Shown here: positions 36,114-49,100 of the stretch, piece after piece | How the letters are laid out: the number at the start of each line of letters is the position of its first letter | Position numbering within the stretch: the stretch's first letter is position 1 | Assembly: GCA_008632985.1 (NCBI GenBank) | Contig: QPGO01000013.1 | Location: 682,001 to 746,000, forward strand | Length of the DNA: 64,000 bases | Direction: 5' to 3' | Origin: Psammoneis japonica | Taxonomy: Eukaryota | The notes under the pieces: generated by a model | What the model was told of the DNA's origin: nothing | Seen by the model: the letters and a program-made list of their open reading frames with translations, nothing else | The model's database searches: none | Program-made: the position numbers and the translations under genes

Positions 36114-38867
36114 ATGTCCAGCACTGATTCTGGTCCCGCCAATGTGGACGAGCGTCTGAACGCCATGCTCTCGTCCAGTAATTCTGCTGATTTCTCTGTA
36201 GCATCCTATCTGAATCTAGCTCTGAGCGAGAACACTAGTAGTAGCACACCAATACATTCCGAAGAGAAGAATGACGAGTTGCAGCAACGCATGGCTGAAT
36301 TGGCCTTGCAGCTTCAGCTTCAAACTCAGTCTTGTCACGAGGATATCGGACGTATCGGTGCTGAGCTTCAAGCAATCATGCCTCGTTGTGCCGCCGATGT
36401 CGGGCGTATCGGTGTTGGGCTGGACGGCATGAAGATTGATGCGGCATCGACTCTGGAAGCCTGCCGACAGTACGATAGCTCTCACGCTTCGTCTTCCATG
36501 GAAACACTCAGTACGCTTCACGCTTTACAAACTAACTTGCACAGACTAAAGAAATTCTAGAAGCAGCCGCAAGCTGGGATTCTACGCTGGCATCCATTCC
36601 TCCCATGCTGGCTCAATCGAATCTCGTGGAAGCGGTCGATGCCCTTGCAAAACTCGAATCGGGAGAATTGGCACTGAGAGGAATGGATCGCGGCAAAGAA
36701 GAGCGCCAAGAGAGTATTCAGAAAATTCGCAATCAGGTGCAAGTCATGCTTCAACCGCAGCTCTTGCATGCTTTGCAAAACATGCATTCTCGGCTCTCGC
36801 CACTCCAACAGTGTGTTGGCTTGTACACCAAGCTGGGTAAAATGGATTCGCTCGAAGACGAATACGTCAAGAACCGTCCAAAAGCTATTCACAAGTTGTG
36901 GTTTTCTTATATACCACCGAAACCAACAGGCACAATAGAACAGCAAGAGGACGATTCGGAAGATCAACAAGATCAATCACCCGATTTTGTTATGTGGCTC
37001 AACGGTTGGTACGATGCCGTCTTGGAGCTCTTACAGGAAGAACGCCGTCAGAGTTTGACCGTCTTTGGACCCAGTCTGGCACCCACCATGATTATCAAGG
37101 TGTTGGGAGAATGCTTTCGTCCCATTCTGGCCTCCTTTGAGAAACGACTCGAAGCTTGCAAGTCGTTTGAATCCGTCTGTGCCACTTACGAAGCTACTCT
37201 GCAATTCTTGTCCTTGGCGTACGAAGCGATTGCCGGCAGCTGGCTGGATGTGTCGGAAAAGACGTCTGGGACTGCCACATCTGCGATTGATTTGTATTCC
37301 AATACAACGGCGGTCTTTATGCAAATCGCATCACCCTTTTGTGACTATCAAGAGCGTTTTGCTGAATTGGAACGAACACATTCCAACGAGGCGAGTGGTT
37401 TGGTGGCCAAGGATTTACACCAGGTGGTCAAATCCGTATCAATGTCCTCCTTGGGCAGTCTACAGGATGCAACTGAACGTCTCAAGGGTTTGACGCCATT
37501 TATCTTTCCACTTGCACAAGGTGCGTGTAGGGGCGTCTTGCTCTGGTGTGTTGTGTTTCTTGTACTGTAAAATGCAGAATACTCATTATCGAGTCATTTC
37601 TTACTTAACTTTCACCCCGATAGGCTCCTTTGCTCGTTTTGAGCTGTTGAATGGAGGTCATCTTGCTTCCGAGGCTATTTCTACGATTGACGGTTTGCTT
37701 GCGGGTCATGCTGGAGAGTTGTCTGTCGCCATTCGGACCCTATCGGCATCTACCAATGATTTGGTTGATAACTTTGACGAGCAGCACGTGCATGTTGCTC
37801 TCGAAGTGCTCAAGGAAGTCGCTGGTCGATTGTTCCGTGGCCTTGCCGAATTTGAAACCAAGACAAAGGAACGACTCGGTGTCCTTTGTGAGCGTATGGC
37901 TGCTCACGAGGCTCACCAACTACAATTGCAGCAAGGCGCTGGTGGAGGTGGTTCCTTTACGCTTTCCGATTCGCTCTCTGTCGTGGAGATTGATTCGCTC
38001 TTGACGGCATCTGCTTGCAGTGCTGACTCGCAAAAGTCGCTTTCTGTTCTGCAAGGACTGGTGGATACAAGTGATTCTTTGTTCCCAAAGGCAAAAGACT
38101 CCACCAACCGCCTGATTGCCAGCTGTCAAGGCTTTGTCTTTGACGTTTGCTTTGCAGTGCCTCTTGACTGTCTTGGCCCCATGGCAACCATGGCGGCATG
38201 GAGAGAAGCCAAGGGGGCAGACGATTTTGAATCGTATGGAACGCTTCCGCAATCGTACATTACCATGGTGGGCGAAAACATGCTTGCTTTGGTTCAGGCG
38301 CTCGAACCATTTGCTTCCGACTCCGTTTCGCTTGAAGAAGCTAACCAAGTCATGGGAGGCTTGCAGAAGGTGGCCTTACAACCCTGGCGCGAGTTTGTTA
38401 CCGCAGCAGGTTGCTCGGCAGACGCCGACAACGTGGTGGAATCCCTCATGGTTGGAAAAGACGTGGGGGCGTTGGTATTGGGCGTGGAAGGTGGAGATAA
38501 CGACGAGATGGACGAAGAAGAGGAAGACGACTCACCCAGTACGGTCTTTTGTAACGCGTGGCTTGATGTGGTGGGCCTCGCCGTGACTGGACGGTTATTG
38601 GAACGCATCATGCGAATTTCCATTCTAACGGAAAAGGGATGCGAGCATTTGACTGCCGATTTGACTTATCTTACGAATGTCTTGGCCGCTCTAGGTGTCG
38701 CGGGTCACCCACACGCTCTTATTCACCACATTTGTGAATTAGTAACGTTGGATGCTCAAACTCTCAAAGAAACCATGAACTCTCGAGACAAGAAGGACCC
38801 CATTCAAGGCGTCCTGCACGCCGCCGAAGTTCGAATGGCGCTCATGCGAGGAATCTCAGAGACCTAA
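36114..38867 (+). CDS. COG7: Conserved oligomeric Golgi complex subunit 7; frameshift near 36550, intron 37521-37623
   Basis: N-terminal FSVASYLNLAL and coiled coil; C-terminal LPQSYITMVGENMLALVQALEPF and QL/HLTADLTYLTNVLAALG-type motif typical of COG7. Confidence 0.85.
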
Positions 38868-39000
38868 TCTTCAATTCCGTCCACGCGATGGAGTAATTAA
38901 AAAAATATATCTGTTCTTAAATTAGCATGAAGCCCTAGCCGATGCAAGTTAATTTAGTAATCACAAATATACGGTAGTCTTCGGTTTCTCTTCGCATTAC

Positions 39001-39642
39001 TTATGCCGCTGACGGGAACATTTCATAGGTTTGTGGAGGCGTTTCCTCAACCTTACTCTTTTGGAGAGATCGTGGCGATTCATCAACAGCAACCTCTTGC
39101 TGCAAGTCTTGTTGCTGCTGTGTTTCGTCGACGACTCGAGCCGCATGCGCATCAGCGATACCCATCATTGTCGCAAATTTTTTGGCATCCCTCGAAAAGA
39201 CTCGGGAGATACGTGCAAGCTGCTCCACCATTTCATGGTTACGATTGCCTTGATTCAACACTTTTTGCGCGTGCAAGACAGCCTGAGTCGCTCGCTGCCG
39301 AGCTCGTTTTCTCTGAAAACAGTGCTTCCTGCTGCACAGGCGCTCTAAACCTCGAGCCGATACGGCAGCCTGACTACTCCATTCATTGAACGACCGCTGT
39401 TGTGTCACACTGTATGGTCCTTCAAAACGATCTGGTAAAAGAACGAACAAACCTCGTCTTTGGGCATCCAGTGAAGCCAAGTATGCTTCGTTTCGAAACA
39501 AATAATAGTCGCCGTCGCAATACCACAGGATGTTGGGTGTCGCATTATCTTCTTTCCATTCCTTGTCACTAGGTTTTCCTCTCTCAACGACAAGCTCTAG
39601 AAAGCGTACCTTTTTCTTTTTCGCCGCTAACTTTTGCGCCAT
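39001..39642 (-). CDS. Hypothetical protein (diatom-type, RGLE-containing)
   Basis: KKVRF..., RGLER, AVL.AQ, LARISR..S..A..FA..MG.ADA pattern of a common diatom hypothetical family (recognised from memory). Confidence 0.55.
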   Translation of the reverse strand: MAQKLAAKKKKVRFLELVVERGKPSDKEWKEDNATPNILWYCDGDYYLFRNEAYLASLDAQRRGLFVLLPDRFEGPYSVTQQRSFNEWSSQAAVSARGLERLCSRKHCFQRKRARQRATQAVLHAQKVLNQGNRNHEMVEQLARISRVFSRDAKKFATMMGIADAHAARVVDETQQQQDLQQEVAVDESPRSLQKSKVEETPPQTYEMFPSAA

Positions 39643-40432
39643 TTTTGACACCGCGGTCCGTCACATTGCCAACTTTGTAATAGCTCAAGAGCGAGGTTGC
39701 GAGAGAAAACAGAGATCGATGACCCGAAGACGAAGTCATAGTGTTAGGGCTATAGAAATGTCCTTCGAACGATGTCTTTGATAAACATCTTTGTTAAATG
39801 ATTGAGACATTTAACGATCTTATTTATGGGTCATTTAGTTTGAAGTCATCAATCTTATTTGATAAAGACTCCAAAACGAGAAGCTCAACAAGAGGGTGCA
39901 TCTCAACGTAAAGGAACTGGGAACAAGCACGGCGGACACCTTGGGCTCGGGCGTACCGGTAGGGCACTACAGTACCTGTAAAATGTTTGAGGGTTCACCA
40001 GACACAACATGGTTCATTATCGGGCACTTCTCAAGTGTGTTGAACTCTTGCTGTTTCTCCTCTCGAGCAACACCACAACGCATTCTTCTAGCATGCAATG
40101 CACTCAAACAGGACTAAAACAAATTCCAGTTTCATTCCGAGATGCAAGAGAAGCGTACGAAAAAGCTCATTGGTTTCTGTTTCGCTAGAGTGACTGTCTG
40201 CTACACTGAACTCCGAGGAAGAGGCCGTCGAGTTTCGAGGACCAAACCCCGCGCGAATTGGAGAATCCCACGCGCGATCGCGCAGCCATGAGCAAGCACG
40301 CGACGACGCGAATGTCGAATGTCCACCCCCAGGAACCATGAACCATGAGCAAAAACCTTGATATTACGCGCTGCGTCCAACTGCGTCGACAAAGTTCCAG
40401 GTTTGTTCTCTGTCAACACTATACGTACCACA

Positions 40433-40850
40433 ATGAAAGAAGTAAACGTAAAACAAGACACTGTTGACGAGCACGAGGACGACGATGCAGCAATTGATCT
40501 CGACGACGACGAAGAAATCGAAATCGAAGAAACAGCCCCCGAAGCAGCAGCAGAATGCATCAGAAGTACCTGCCGCTCAGCAGCCGCCAGACAAGAAGCA
40601 GCAAATGCGTGAACGCCTGCGTAAATTAAAAATGAAAATGAATCAGGCACGACACCTTAACCGCCAAGACGTTATGCGAGAAGGAGAATGGAGTCACGAC
40701 GACGGTAGCAAGGAATGCAAACGTCAGGCAATGATGGATAAGAAGAAGCGACAGGCTGAATGGGAAGCGCGAAACGGAAAAGCAATGCAAGTGGCGAACG
40801 AAGCCAATGTGGATGGAAAGTACTTAGTGGAGCAAGCTGCAGATAGCGTG
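40433..40850 (+). pseudogene. SYF2: Truncated duplicate of the SYF2 first exon
   Basis: Close copy of 50525-50926 plus part of the intron; homology stops near 40905 and exon 2 is missing. Confidence 0.75.
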
Positions 40851-41031
40851 GTACGTCTATATAAAGTGCAACTTGTGATTCTCTGTGTTCTTCAGTTTTT
40901 CTGAATTTATGTGTGAGCTGTAAACGGGCTATGATCTACCGGCTATTGACCGTTTAGCGGATCTATTCTTGCTTCACATGAGGGGACTCGTAGTTTCTTC
41001 ATCTTTCTCCCTTAACAGCTCGATTTCTAGT

Positions 41032-41643
41032 TCATAAGCATAAGAACCTTGGATACGGTAAGCAAGCCGTGAGCAGGAGGAGCGATGGTCCAGGATTGGC
41101 GCCAGCTCCAGCAGCCGAAGTGAGCGGGTAGTTCTGGTCGAGACCACCACCTCCGGTGAAGGAGCTGGGACAGTCACCACCATTAAACGTGCAACTCTTA
41201 AACTCATAAGGACAAGTGTTGCCTGCCGAGCAAGCATCGCACCATGGAGCAGAGCTGCGATACTGCTTAGCTTCTCCACAATGGGGTGACGAAACCAAGT
41301 AGCATTGCGTTCCGTCATTCACCACGTAATGAGGCAGGGCATTGCCTGCTTCATAGTTGACCGTGTCAGCATTACCAAAGCATGCATCAAGTATATTCTT
41401 GCCAGACTCCGGTTCAGGACCAAGAGGCGTACCCAAATCACCACTGGCTTCGCCGACGCCACTACAACCCTGACCCAGAATGTCTGCGGTGACCATGTAG
41501 AAGGAGTCGCTGACTCCAAGCTCACCTAGAGCTAGGTTGGCACAAGCATACATCTCCATGATGTCTAGATCTTCTCCGATGAAGTCACCCTCCACGTCGC
41601 AATGGAGCTCAATGCGCGTGCGTGAGTTGGTGGGGCAGGACAT
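41032..41643 (-). CDS. Cys-containing hypothetical protein, possibly 5'-truncated
   Basis: 203-aa ORF with protein-like composition and a hydrophobic tail; no family recognised. Confidence 0.4.
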   Translation of the reverse strand: MSCPTNSRTRIELHCDVEGDFIGEDLDIMEMYACANLALGELGVSDSFYMVTADILGQGCSGVGEASGDLGTPLGPEPESGKNILDACFGNADTVNYEAGNALPHYVVNDGTQCYLVSSPHCGEAKQYRSSAPWCDACSAGNTCPYEFKSCTFNGGDCPSSFTGGGGLDQNYPLTSAAGAGANPGPSLLLLTACLPYPRFLCL

Positions 41644-41714
41644 GGTCTTGAAAGTACGTGGTGGAGGCTCGGGAAAATCACAAGATTCTGGAATTTTGAG
41701 AACAGAATGAACTC

Positions 41715-42200
41715 AGAATGGATGTGGCCAACTATTTCGTGCCGGAAGTCAAGATACAGTCGAGGATACAACTAGACTACGAGCTTCTGAGAATTCTAAA
41801 GTATGCACGATTCGAGAATTCTGAAGTATGCACGATTCGAGACAGGGGAACTCGACGATTACGAAGGATACTGTACGGCTACAACTGCAGAGTGCCGGTA
41901 GCTACTCTCTCTCTAGAGAGTACAGTAGTAGACTACCGGTACGAGCTTCTGAGAATTAAGAATGCACGATTCGAGACAGCGCAACTCGACCCCCAGAAGT
42001 CAAGGATCCAGTCAAGGATGCAACTACTACTAGACTACCAGCTTCTGAGAATTCTAAAGCATGCACGATTCAAGTCGAGGATGCAAGCGAGCTTCTGAGA
42101 ATCACGTTCTAGACGGGGATGTGCCCAGCTATTTCATGCCGTAAGTCAAGCTGAGAATTTTTTTAAGTACAGTATGCATGCACGATTCGAGATTCGAGTC
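41715..42200 (+). repeat. Irregular tandem repeat (gagcttctgagaatt..aagtatgcacgattcgag)
   Basis: Motif recurs at ~41780, 41815, 41943, 42040, 42090 and 42150. Confidence 0.8.
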
Positions 42201-42331
42201 TTCAAACAGACAAGAGTACCATTTTGTACGAGGATACGTCGATACATGACTCGAAACCAAAAAAGCAAAGAATAGAAACGCTTCATAAGCTGCGATACAA
42301 GACCTTACTTTTTTCCCAAGCGCCTCAAAAT

Positions 42332-42963
42332 ATGATGTTGAAACAAGCTGTAATGGCCAGTGCTTTCATTCTCGCCAGCGCTTCACAGCCAATGGCACAG
42401 AAGGAGGTCACCGATGAAGAACGCCAACAAGTCGAAAAATTGAAGAAGGCCTTCTCCATCAAGGAACTACCAGAAGAAGACTCTGCCACGAATGGAGAAC
42501 TTTCTTTAGAAGATACCATGTTCTTTCGCAGCTACGCCAAGCAACTCTTGGAACAGAGTGAGAATGGCGATGGTGGCCGCCGCCTTCAAGGTTGCGCTGG
42601 AGTTGGTTGTTCCGATGATGGTCGAGTCTGTGCAGCCCTCAACTGCTGCTCTGGGACTTGTGTCTGTGAGGGCATGTTTTTCGATGGTGAGCGGTGCCGT
42701 TCTTGCCGTGTGTGCAGTGGCGACAGTGTTTCTTTCGACTGTAGCGACGAGGCTTGTGGAAGATGCTCTGAAGTCGACTGCTCTGGTGACTGTGAAGGGA
42801 GTCCTTGCCCCACCCTCCTCCTCCTCCTCGTCCCAGCCCTACGCCTCCCAGCCCTGCGCCTCCCAGCCCGAGCTCCCGCAGTGGCGTTTCGAAGCACCCT
42901 ATGATCCACTTTGCCACTGTCACAGTGATGGCTGTTGGTGCATCTCATCTCTTCTTGCAGTAG
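42332..42963 (+). CDS. Secreted Cys-rich protein with RRLQ propeptide site, Pro/Ser stalk and hydrophobic tail (1-bp frameshift near 42815)
   Basis: Signal peptide MMLKQAVMASAFILASA; GRRLQ; many Cys. Adding one C gives PPPPRPSPTPPSPAPPSPSSRSG...FATVTVMAVGASHLFLQ*. Confidence 0.6.
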
Positions 42964-43149
42964 ATTTCATGGTTTCTGAGGAATAAGTGCATCCAAACAA
43001 CGAGGCGTCAAGTTGATACGATAAGCACTGAATTACAAGTTTTCACAAAAACCGAAGTTGTATAATTCTCTCTACTACTCTAGCTCTCTACTCTAGAGTG
43101 GGCACGTTTCGGCACAAAGTGATGCATTCGACGGAGTCAAACAGCAACG

Positions 43150-46100
43150 AATTCGATCGAAGGTGTCGCGAAACGTACGCTAAACGAAGAATTAGACAGC
43201 TAAAAGGATCAAGACTGGGTCTGCCACATGGCACACCCACTCCGCTCTTCTCTCACAGCTGTGGATGACAAAGCACCTCAACTGCCACAAAATGACAACA
43301 AAAGCTGCAATGGCTGGTGCTGGCCCAGCAGGCCCAGCAGCCGCAGGCTCAACAGCAGCCGCAGCCTGCCCAGCAGCAACCAGCACAGCAGCCAGCTCAA
43401 CAGCCACTGTCCCACTGTTGTGGTGCCTCCACTCTCCAGCTGGGTCATGGCCCAGCCAGCAGAGCGCAGATGTCAAAGATTTGGTGAGCTTGCATCCTTG
43501 CAGATTTCAAGAAATGTTGATCTCATTGATGAACATGTTTGTGCTGAGCATGCAAACAAAAAATGGGCAAGCTCCATGTTGGAAACAGAGTGCAAAAGCA
43601 CAACATGACATTGTGCCATTTGAACATCTGGCAAATCCACTGAAATGCCATCCTCTGACTCCAACTCCACATCAGCGTCTGAATCAACACATTCTAAATC
43701 ACAACATTTTGCATTGACAAGGTGCTCTTTACTTCTTTGAGCCATTTTGTTGCAAGCTTCACAAAAAAAGAATTCACCAATGCCAGCTCATGTTGGTGTG
43801 GCCAATGTGTTTCCACTTCCCACACTGCAGCTTCTTGCTGTCTCTCAAAACTGCTGGAATCCTCTCATTGTGTCATCAGCACAGTGCCAAATTGCACCAC
43901 CAATGACTTCAACACCATCATTTCAAAATGAGAGCAAATGCATTGATCATTTTTCTTCAACTTGAAAAAACTTGACATGACAAATTCACCAGGTGGAAGA
44001 CCCAAATTAGATTAACAGTTGCAGCAGCTTCATCTCCAACAAGCACTTGCATTGCATGCACCAGACACACTGACTGCAAATGACTCCTCACAAGTTTTGT
44101 CCTTGGCTTCTTCTTTTGCATCATCAACCCACAATGTTGATCACTTGGAGGTTCCTGCCCCACTCAAAAAATTGTGTCTTGTGGCCAACAAATCCACTGT
44201 CTCATGAAACAAAGTGCAAACAATGGCACAAGGAAAAGGAAGCACAGGTTGCCATGCTCAATCAGCCATGCAATGTGCAGCCAGCAATGCCCTTGTGTGT
44301 GCTTTGTCAATCTTCATCAAATCTTTCCATTTCCAGTGATCAATTGCCAGGCTCAGCTTGGCATCGCAAGCAATGGAATCAGCCACATCTTCAAACCCCA
44401 GCAACTGCTTGCAGCAGAGGAAAACCCCTCATAGAAAGCACATTGCCTGTGCCAACCCAATCAACAAAGGACACAACCTGCAATGTTTGAAGGAGTTTTT
44501 AACATTTGGGCAGTTGGCAGTGGTGCCAACATCAGTGAAGCAACAGTGCAACACACTGTCAAACTCTTTTGCATCAGATGCTTTTGAAGCACAAATCATC
44601 AACAAGTGAGCACACTTGTCCTTGAGTTTTTTTAGTGACTTTTTGATTGTCTTGTCAAATGATTGCAAAAAAAGTTGGTGAGGTCTTGAAAAAAACCTTC
44701 TTGTTGGAAAGTTGACTGGCAGCACCCAGAACTGTTGCTGTGATGAGCTGAATGAAACATTTGCCATTTGCCATTTGTTGTCCCTTTGTGCTGTGTTTTG
44801 GCAATTTAACAATTGTGGACAACAGTTGATGAAGCCACAGATTGCAAGAGGAGTCTTTGTTTTGGTGAAACTCTTGCTCAGTGCAACACACAGTTGCACT
44901 CTTGGTGGAACAAAATTGTCACAACCAACCTCCCGATTGCAGGTTGAGATGTGTTGATGATGCCTTCTTCTTCCTCTGAAGACAGTGCAGCACCAGGCAC
45001 TCTTGCAACATTGCTGTGCCAGGCATCCCTGCAACTGTGGCTGTTGTTGATGGTTTGCAGCTAGAGCCACCAGATCGCAGTGCCATCTCTTGCTCTCTCC
45101 ACGGATGTTGTTGAAGAGGCACCAGATGAAGCCACTGCTTCTTAAGAAGACTTTCTTTTCCCTTTTTGTTGACAACAGCTAAAACCAATGCATCCACAGA
45201 CAACTTTGTGCAAACAGACAACAGCAGTTAAAGCCAGCAAATTTGCTGGATGCTTGTGCTTCACAATGAGCACACCCCAAAAGACTGCCAAATCTGGGTC
45301 CAAATGTTGCAACAGTCTGTTGGCAGAGTCTGTTGGCAGGAAATCTTGGCATCCTTTGTTGGCAGCTCTGCATTGTCAGTGACAAACACTTGGCAGGAAC
45401 AAAAAAGCAATCAACCAATGTTGTTGCAAATGCATGGAATCAAGCACAGAAATGGTGTTGGTCAATGACACGCATTTTTTTTTTTTGCTTGCACTTTCAC
45501 AAGAAGTGCATCCCAAAAAGGCTGCCGAGTGTGGGTCCAAACATGACAACAGTCCATCAACAGAAGATCAAGGCATGTTTTTGTTGGCAGCTTTGATTGG
45601 TCAGAGATGAGTGCAAGCAACAACAAAAATGCAATCAACTGATGTTTTTGTGTGCAAAGATGACACAGATGACACAGCAAATCACAGTCAACAATTTGGG
45701 TCAGCTGACAAACAAGAGTCAAACCATTTGTCAGTTCGTGACAAAAAGTTGGCAGAAAAGAGGACAAAACACAAGTGCAAGCAATGGTGGCAACAGTCAA
45801 GTTGCTGCAACAGCATGTTGCTGTTTTGTTGAGCATTCTGCTGTGGTGGTGTCATCGTCATCACATTTGCATGGGACGTGCAGCATCTGGCAATGAACAT
45901 GCACTTTTTTGTCAATTTGTTTGTTTGACCAAAACCATTTGGTTAAAGAAAGAACACAAAAGAGGTGCAAGCTCCAGAATCTGTTGCAGATTCAGCCAGT
46001 TGCACACCAGACAACTTCAATGAGCTGTTTGTGATTGAGCAACATTCCACACATTTGCAACTGAATGCCACAAAAAGCATTTGATGTGCTTTCATTAAAA

Positions 46101-49100
46101 ATGGCATTTAGAATGTTTGATGATGTTTGCAAGACATTTGCAAAAATCCTGCTCTCCTCAAGGAGGGCCAGTTGCTTGTTTTCAGCCAGATTTTCCAGGT
46201 CAGTTGCTTGGCAAAAAGTTTCCAACTCAACTGTGCTTTGCTGCACTTGCAGCACAATCACAAGAGTGACAGTCAATGAAAAGGTGAGTGACATGGTTGA
46301 CAAAGAAAGAGTGGGAAAACAACAGAGATCAATGAATCAAAGCCAAAGTCACATTGTCAGGGACACAGAAATGCCCTGCAATTGACATTTTTGAAAAATC
46401 TTGCCATCAAATGTGTGAGATGTTCACCCACAAAAAGGGCCACTTTGTTTGAATTCATCAATCTGATTTTCATTGTCACATCCTGTGAGCCACAAAGAAT
46501 TTGACAACATGAGCTTGGGCCAAAAGACTCCAAAGTGTGAGAAGCCAAACAAGATGGTGCCAATCAATGCAACAGAGTGCCGGCAAAATGTTTTGGAGCT
46601 CACCAAACACATGGATTGTTGTTGAGAACTTCTCAAAGTGACTGTGTTGAGCTCTTGCTGTCTCTCTCCTTGCAGCAGCTCTTCTTGAGCAACACCCACA
46701 GTGCACATTGCAGGCTTTGTCTTGTGTGCTTGTGGCTCAGAGCAGACCTGTGCATGGCACAGCAGAGAGCCAGGAGTGCAGCACAGTGGCTGATTCAACT
46801 GACATCCTGTGTTGTCCATGCTGCAAATGACACATTTTGGCCAAACATGCCATCAATGTGGCGCTCTCCCATCCCAAATGCCACCACTGTTTTTCCAACA
46901 ATTTCCAGCTGTTTTTCCTTTGAAAGCAAAGCACTGAACACTGCAGGGCATGGGGACACATGGATTCCACAAGAGAGAATCAATTGGAAGTGACACTTGA
47001 AGGCTCTGAGTTGGGCTGCAAGAAGTCATTTGCTGGCATGCATTTCATCCCACAAAAACATGCAATTTCAAGCTGTCAAGCAAGTGAGAAACAGTGTGTT
47101 CTGCCAGCGGCATCCTGTTGACACATGGCTGCACCACAGCAGCTTAACAGCTCTTCCCAGATGGACAATGGACCACAATGATGCATCTGATGGGGTGTTG
47201 CATTGTGTTGTTGTTGCAAACAAAAGATTGGCAGCAGTCCAATGTTCATGTGTGTCAATGATCAGGTGCAAAAAATTGTGAGATGTGGCATTTGATGCAC
47301 AAATCTGCTGGTTTGGAAGTGTGCATGCACTCAAATGGGACAAAATGTGCTCCAGTTTGTTTGGAGATTGTGCACGAGAAGGAAAAAGCTCACAAACAAG
47401 TTCATGGTTTTCTTTGTCTGGGCTGTTTTGACAGAACTCACCATGTGGCAGTGCTCATCTGCCACACTTTGAATTCCACCAAGAAGTGTTTGGCTTCAAC
47501 ATGGTGTGTGGGCCGGAACTTTGGCCACATTTTTCTTGAGCAGAACTTGGTGCATTTTCTGCACAAAAATGACCGAAGTCATCTCACCCACTTTGCCAGA
47601 GGATGGAAACTTGGAAACTCACATGACACAGTGTTCAGAAACCACTTGTTTAGAGTCCCCTTCACTTGTTTGTGGAGACTTGCTGCACATTTTTGGTCAC
47701 ATGTCATTTGCTGCAACTCTTGAAAACAGAGTGTCATGACTTGGGTGACTTCCTGATTTGGTGCAGTGTTTGTCATCAAAAACATCATAAAATGTTGATG
47801 TGCCATTTCATGTGCCATTGTGCAGAGTCAGCACCAGGTTCTGTGCAGCCAGAAACAGCATGGGCCATCATGCTGTTTGTGCAGACAACCATTGGATGGG
47901 CTAAAAAGCATGAGCAAACAATGTGTGAATCTGTGAACACTGCTCACTTGTCAGAACAAACAACTGTCAAGCCAGCGAGACACAGTGTGATCCACAAGCA
48001 CCTCATTGACACATGGCTGCAACACAGCAGCTTGACAGTTCTTCCCAGATGGATGATGGACCCCAACAATGCATCTGACTGGAGGTGTTTTGTCATGGTG
48101 TTGTTGCAGATGAAAGATCAGTGGCTGTCCAATCACTTGCATGTGTCAGCAATTGGGTGCAAAAGTTGCAAGTTGGCGTGGCATTCAATGTGCAAATCTG
48201 CTGGGGTCAGAAGTGCATGAGACAAGCTTGCAGCATGCAATGCACTCAAACAGAACAACAGTGCTCAAGCTTCATTTGGACATGCAAGAAAAGCCCACAA
48301 ACAAGTTCATGGTTGTTTTTGTCTCTTTTGCAGTGCCGCTCAAATGATTGTGTGGGTGCGCATGTGCACAAGACTTTTTTGCATGCACCCAAGCATGCAA
48401 TTTTCCACTTTGAGTTGGTGAAAATGGTGCTGCAAGTTGGGGCATGTGTTTCATGAAAAAAGGGGCATCATTTTGTGTGCACATGTTTGCAGTTGTCTGC
48501 CCAGAGCTTTTTGCCTCCACTTCTTCACCCCCCCCCCCCCCCCNCCTGCATCAGGGGACACTCTTGTGCCTCCATGTGCCTGCCATCATGTTGCATTGGC
48601 TGAGATCTCCAACCCCACAGCTTGTGTGTGACCACATGGGAATGTGATGTGTGGGGGTTGAAGAGCCAGCACAGACTTCCCAGTGGGATTGTCAGAGATT
48701 GTGGTGCTCCTCCACTTTCTTTGTGTGCTTGCACGTCAATGCCGCCAAACAGTGTGGACGCCACAGTCATTGTGGGCTGCATTGCAAAGTTGCCTGCAAG
48801 AGCAGATTGGCAATCAAACCACAATCTTGATGGCTCAAAATGCTCAGGCAAAAAAAAAACAGATCAAATTTTCAAGTGCTGTCACTCCTTTGTGAGCTGT
48901 GCTGGCACCGGCTGACCCACACTTGCAGCCAGCACACTGCATTGGTGTGACAGAAGGGGACAAGAACCATCACCGGACAGTGACGCCCTGCCAAAATGAC
49001 TGGTGATGGAGAGAGTGCCTCGAAGTTGCCTCTTTGATGCTGGCTTTGAGGTGCAGTTTGATCATGGCAATCCAGCTCACAGAGTCATCCAATGAATCTG

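Noticed and set aside
48527..48546. Poly-C run containing an N
   Set aside because: Assembly ambiguity in a homopolymer.
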